In this document: one piece after another, positions 53,579 through 56,573 of the stretch
Position numbering within the stretch: the stretch's first letter is position 1
Layout: each line of letters starts with the position of its first letter
Assembly (NCBI GenBank): GCA_001779195.1
Contig: MFJL01000022.1
Coordinates: forward strand, 1 to 56,573
DNA length: 56,573 nt
Reading direction: 5' to 3'
From: Candidatus Gottesmanbacteria bacterium RIFCSPHIGHO2_02_FULL_39_11
GTDB taxonomy: Bacteria; Patescibacteriota; Microgenomatia; 2-02-FULL-39-11
The notes under the pieces: generated by a model
What the model was told of the DNA's origin: nothing
Seen by the model: only the letters and a program-made list of their open reading frames with translations
Database searches by the model: none
Made by a program: the position numbers and the translations under genes

Positions 53579-55285
53579 TTACCATCCGGTTTTGGCGCAT
53601 ATATCCGTCTCATTTTCTTTGCAGAAGTCAGTAATCTGCGTCTTTATTTCATCCGGCAGATTGGACATAGTATCCTGCTGTTTTAGCTTTGCGAAAGCAG
53701 ATTCCAGAAATTCTTTTGCTTTTTTTTCTTGCGACACCTCTTTTTTCAGGAGATATATTTTTTTTACCGTGACAAAACTGCTAAATCCTTCCATCTGATT
53801 TGCTTTCTCGAAAAGTTTTAAAGCTTTTTCTTTATTGTGATTTTCTTCATAAAAATGCCCCAGAAATTCAAGTGTTCTGATATCATAGGATCCCACCCAT
53901 TCATACATTCTTGCCAAACGAAATGCTCCGGAATTGTTTCCCACCCGATCTTCCGTAATAATCGCGGACTGGTATGCCTGTTTACTTAACGGATACGCAT
54001 AAACAGAAAGATGAGGCTTATCCGCGTGAAGAAATATTCTGCTTGTAATTACCAGTATTAGTGCGAGATGTAATATAAGAGAGGTTGTTCCATAGACAAA
54101 ACTGCCGTCCATTTCTTTTTCTTCTTTGTAGATTATTCCCGCAAGTATCATAAAGAGAATAAAGAGTGAGTATATCCGGTATGTATAGTCGGTTTGAAAG
54201 ACGAGGAGTAAATATATAAACAAAAGCGGATAAACTAAATTGGTTCCGCGGCCTGATTTTAAGATGAAAAAAATAAAAAGAGCAAAGCAAATAACTGCCG
54301 GTAATCCATTTTCTACGAGTACATCAAGAAATAAGTTATGTGACGTCTCTGACCACCATAAAGGATGGGAGAAATGTAAAGAGGAGGCATATCCGTAGTT
54401 ACCCGGTCCTACTCCGAAAAACGAATTGGCGTAAAAAGATTTTATGGACTGCATGATATATTCAGGGCGCTTGGAAAGCAGTTCTTTGTATCCGAGATTA
54501 AGATAAGATGAGAAAATATCATTAGTTGATTTTAATATAGGAATTGACCGGGACTCCCTAACGGTAAAAACGGAGAAAAACAGCAGAATAATACCCATTA
54601 CTCCGAAAACAAATGGTATTTTTTTACCTTTAATACTATTTTTTCTCCGGACTATACCGTAATAGAGTCCGGTTAACAGTAAAGCGTTATATGAAGACCT
54701 TGAGTAGGAAAGCAAAAAAAATGGCAGTACTAAAACGATGAAAATGCCGAAAACTTTTATTTTTTTTGTTATAGCCTGATAAATAAGGAAAATAATGAAG
54801 AGTCCCAGATAGTCTCCCAGATGATTATGGGAGCCGAAATTGGATACAACCAGTTGATATCCGCCGATTGGTTCTGCCAAAAAGGGAATTGTTTTTATAG
54901 GAGTTAAAAGTATCAGAAAATAGGTTACAAAAAAAACGCTTCCCCAAATAATAGAAGCATCTATAATCTGTTCTCCGTCCTTTTTATGGTTATAGAAAAA
55001 AATAAAGATTAAGAAAGAAGATATATAAAACAGAGTCAGTTCAAATGATCGTTGCACATCAGCGGAAAATCCAAAAGTGGAAACAAAACTGGAAGAGGCA
55101 AATAGACTAAAAAGCAGGGTTACCCTCTTTGGAAAATACAGTTTTTTCCTCTTAAGGAATGAAATAAAAAACAATACAGAAGGAAATAAAAAGTAAAGGT
55201 AATAGATAGTGTCATGGATACCGTTAAACCCGATTCCTTCAAGCAAAAGGGGGATTATGAAGATAAGTTGCAGGAAGAGCACCAT
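53579..55285 (-). CDS. O-antigen-ligase-like (Wzy_C) membrane protein with a C-terminal TPR-like domain
   Basis: Polytopic N-terminal 400 aa with SHNLFLDVLVENGLPAV. The soluble C-terminal tail has TPR-like helices (LEFLGHFYEENHNKEKALKLFEKANQ). Confidence 0.65.
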   Translation of the reverse strand: MVLFLQLIFIIPLLLEGIGFNGIHDTIYYLYFLFPSVLFFISFLKRKKLYFPKRVTLLFSLFASSSFVSTFGFSADVQRSFELTLFYISSFLIFIFFYNHKKDGEQIIDASIIWGSVFFVTYFLILLTPIKTIPFLAEPIGGYQLVVSNFGSHNHLGDYLGLFIIFLIYQAITKKIKVFGIFIVLVLPFFLLSYSRSSYNALLLTGLYYGIVRRKNSIKGKKIPFVFGVMGIILLFFSVFTVRESRSIPILKSTNDIFSSYLNLGYKELLSKRPEYIMQSIKSFYANSFFGVGPGNYGYASSLHFSHPLWWSETSHNLFLDVLVENGLPAVICFALFIFFILKSGRGTNLVYPLLFIYLLLVFQTDYTYRIYSLFILFMILAGIIYKEEKEMDGSFVYGTTSLILHLALILVITSRIFLHADKPHLSVYAYPLSKQAYQSAIITEDRVGNNSGAFRLARMYEWVGSYDIRTLEFLGHFYEENHNKEKALKLFEKANQMEGFSSFVTVKKIYLLKKEVSQEKKAKEFLESAFAKLKQQDTMSNLPDEIKTQITDFCKENETDICAKTGW

Positions 55286-55321
55286 ATTGTTCTGTTGATT
55301 TTTATTTTTTGGATCATTAAT

Positions 55322-56573
55322 ATGAGATTAATGGGATACAGGACGTATCGTTTTCTTCTTTTACCATTTATTCTTATTCTTCTGATGATAGCATATCATC
55401 TTCTTTTTTTGCCGAAAAAAGCTTTTGCTCAATATCACACAATCGGAGGAACCATCAGAAATTGCGCTACCAATGCAGCTCTTCCTGGAGCTTCTGTGTC
55501 TGTTTTTGATGGAACATTGGGGCAAACTATAAATCTGACTACGGATGGAACCGGGCGTTTTTCCCGAGCCGGATGGGCACGAATTGGAGACTTATATTCA
55601 GTCAACCCCCAACTTTCTGCCCCAAGTGGATATACCGGAGGGCCACGAACTACACAACTGGGTTGGACACTAAATACCTGCAGCGGAGCTGATACTCCGC
55701 TTGGGTCTGCCTCTTATGAATGTCAGCGGGCAAACGGGGGTGACTGTTCTGCAACTATACCCGGAAATAGGGGGCCGGAACAGTGTAATTTTTGTTATAA
55801 TCCGGCTCCCCGTAATTTATGTAGTGATTTGATAATTTCAGGAGTCATGCTCTCACCTAGTACTCCTCTTCAGATTACAGCTGTTGCAACTGTCCCTAAT
55901 GTTCCCAGATTTATCTACGGATTTTACAATATGAACAATCTATATGGTCCCGGTAACCCCAAACCTATCCGGTTTGTGAGCGGAGTTGACTACGTAGTTG
56001 CGGAAAATGCATCTCCTCCGGCCGGTAGTCATACGATTGGAATTACTTATAGTCAGTTTGACCGGCCGGATCTCAATAACGGAGGTATAAAGCCAACTTA
56101 TATCCAAGTAATCGGTTTTTTCATCGATCCCCTAACAAGTACGACTGCATCTCCTGATCCCGATTGTATTGTATGGTTTAATGTAGCTACTCCTACTCCT
56201 ACTCCAACCAGAACACCAACTCCAACCCCAACCAGAACTCCGACTCCTATCCCGGTACCTAACTGTTTAGATGTAACGGTTCCTGCCGGTAACCTCCTGA
56301 CTAATACCACCTATACGATTTCAGCGAGATATGCAAACGCAGCTGGCCCGGTAACGAACCGGGGACTGGCTGTAACCAACAATTTATGCTCAACTACCTA
56401 TTTCGGTCAGACTTCAGCCGGGGGTCCGGGGACAGTTAACTATAGCTGGAGGACACCAGCAACTCCCGGTACCTATTATGTATACTGTCGTGCTTGGAAT
56501 GCCATTATCGCTGAATGCCGAGGATATAACTCTTGTGTGACGGGGCCACCCATTTATCGCTGTACCGGGCCGA
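55322..56573 (+). CDS. Secreted Cys-rich protein, 3'-truncated by the window end
   Basis: The frame is open by hand translation from ATG 55322 to the window end. Signal/anchor RFLLLPFILILLMIAYHLLFL..AFA. A carboxypeptidase-regulatory-like start (GGTIRNCATNAALPGASVSVFDG). A TPTPTPTRTPTPTPTRTPTPIP linker. Confidence 0.6.
   Translation, partial: MRLMGYRTYRFLLLPFILILLMIAYHLLFLPKKAFAQYHTIGGTIRNCATNAALPGASVSVFDGTLGQTINLTTDGTGRFSRAGWARIGDLYSVNPQLSAPSGYTGGPRTTQLGWTLNTCSGADTPLGSASYECQRANGGDCSATIPGNRGPEQCNFCYNPAPRNLCSDLIISGVMLSPSTPLQITAVATVPNVPRFIYGFYNMNNLYGPGNPKPIRFVSGVDYVVAENASPPAGSHTIGITYSQFDRPDLNNGGIKPTYIQVIGFFIDPLTSTTASPDPDCIVWFNVATPTPTPTRTPTPTPTRTPTPIPVPNCLDVTVPAGNLLTNTTYTISARYANAAGPVTNRGLAVTNNLCSTTYFGQTSAGGPGTVNYSWRTPATPGTYYVYCRAWNAIIAECRGYNSCVTGPPIYRCTGP

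Noticed and set aside
56098-56310. 70-aa minus-strand ORF rich in GVG repeats
   Set aside because: It is the antisense reading of the TPTPTPTR linker of the plus-strand secreted protein, which is open from 55322 to the window end.
1-56573. Alternative genetic code (UGA recoding, as in some CPR lineages)
   Set aside because: All conserved genes (dnaB, gyrA, gyrB, pilB, hppA and others) are full length under the standard bacterial code, with no in-frame TGA interruptions.

Overview
AT-rich, tightly packed bacterial chromosomal segment. Gene content and style suggest a Candidate Phyla Radiation (Patescibacteria, Microgenomates-like) genome; that placement is inference, based on the compact type IV pilus locus, the short-period oligomer repeats and the reduced housekeeping set. 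Long ORFs are intact under the standard bacterial code, so there is no sign of UGA recoding. No rRNA gene and no CRISPR array were seen; the only tRNA found is tRNA-Leu(CAA). Layout: (1) 0-14.6 kb is housekeeping: M24 and M17 aminopeptidases, SuhB-like phosphatase, DnaB, MFS transporter, Lgt, DksA-like, RluA-like and YebC. (2) 14.6-15.9 kb is a 1.33 kb ORF-free stretch dense in repeats and hairpins, next to a Xer-type tyrosine recombinase. (3) 16.9-26.9 kb is a minus-strand block: C39-like peptidase, FolD, GyrA, membrane pyrophosphatase, GyrB split by a 434-aa HNH-type intein, and DNA pol III delta-prime. (4) 26.9-34.9 kb is a type IV pilus locus: pilB, pilT, pilC, a pilin, pilD and five more pilin-like genes. 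(5) 34.8-40.9 kb is a repeat-bounded accessory island: a decayed MNT/HEPN pair, a Phd-PIN pair, a Tat lipoprotein with a glycosidase-like barrel, a RayT-like Y1 transposase flanked by inverted repeats, and a DUF4143-type ATPase. (6) 41-56.5 kb holds a large Tat-signal protein and a surface-glycan cluster: SGNH hydrolase, carbamoyltransferase, GT4, GT2, two Wzy_C/O-antigen-ligase-like proteins, TagA-like and PglC/WbaP-like transferases. The most notable observations are: the island is bracketed by an 86-nt direct repeat whose distal copy is a relic of the pseudopilin 3' coding end, and a promoter-bearing junction element recurs four times; two pilin genes encode their leader peptides with heptanucleotide tandem repeats, a possible phase-variation switch; the non-coding locus beside the recombinase is rich in repeats and predicted structure; a perfect 24-bp inverted repeat brackets the MFS gene; and the gyrB intein carries an HNH motif. 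All coordinates and counts were derived by hand from the sequence. No database search was run.
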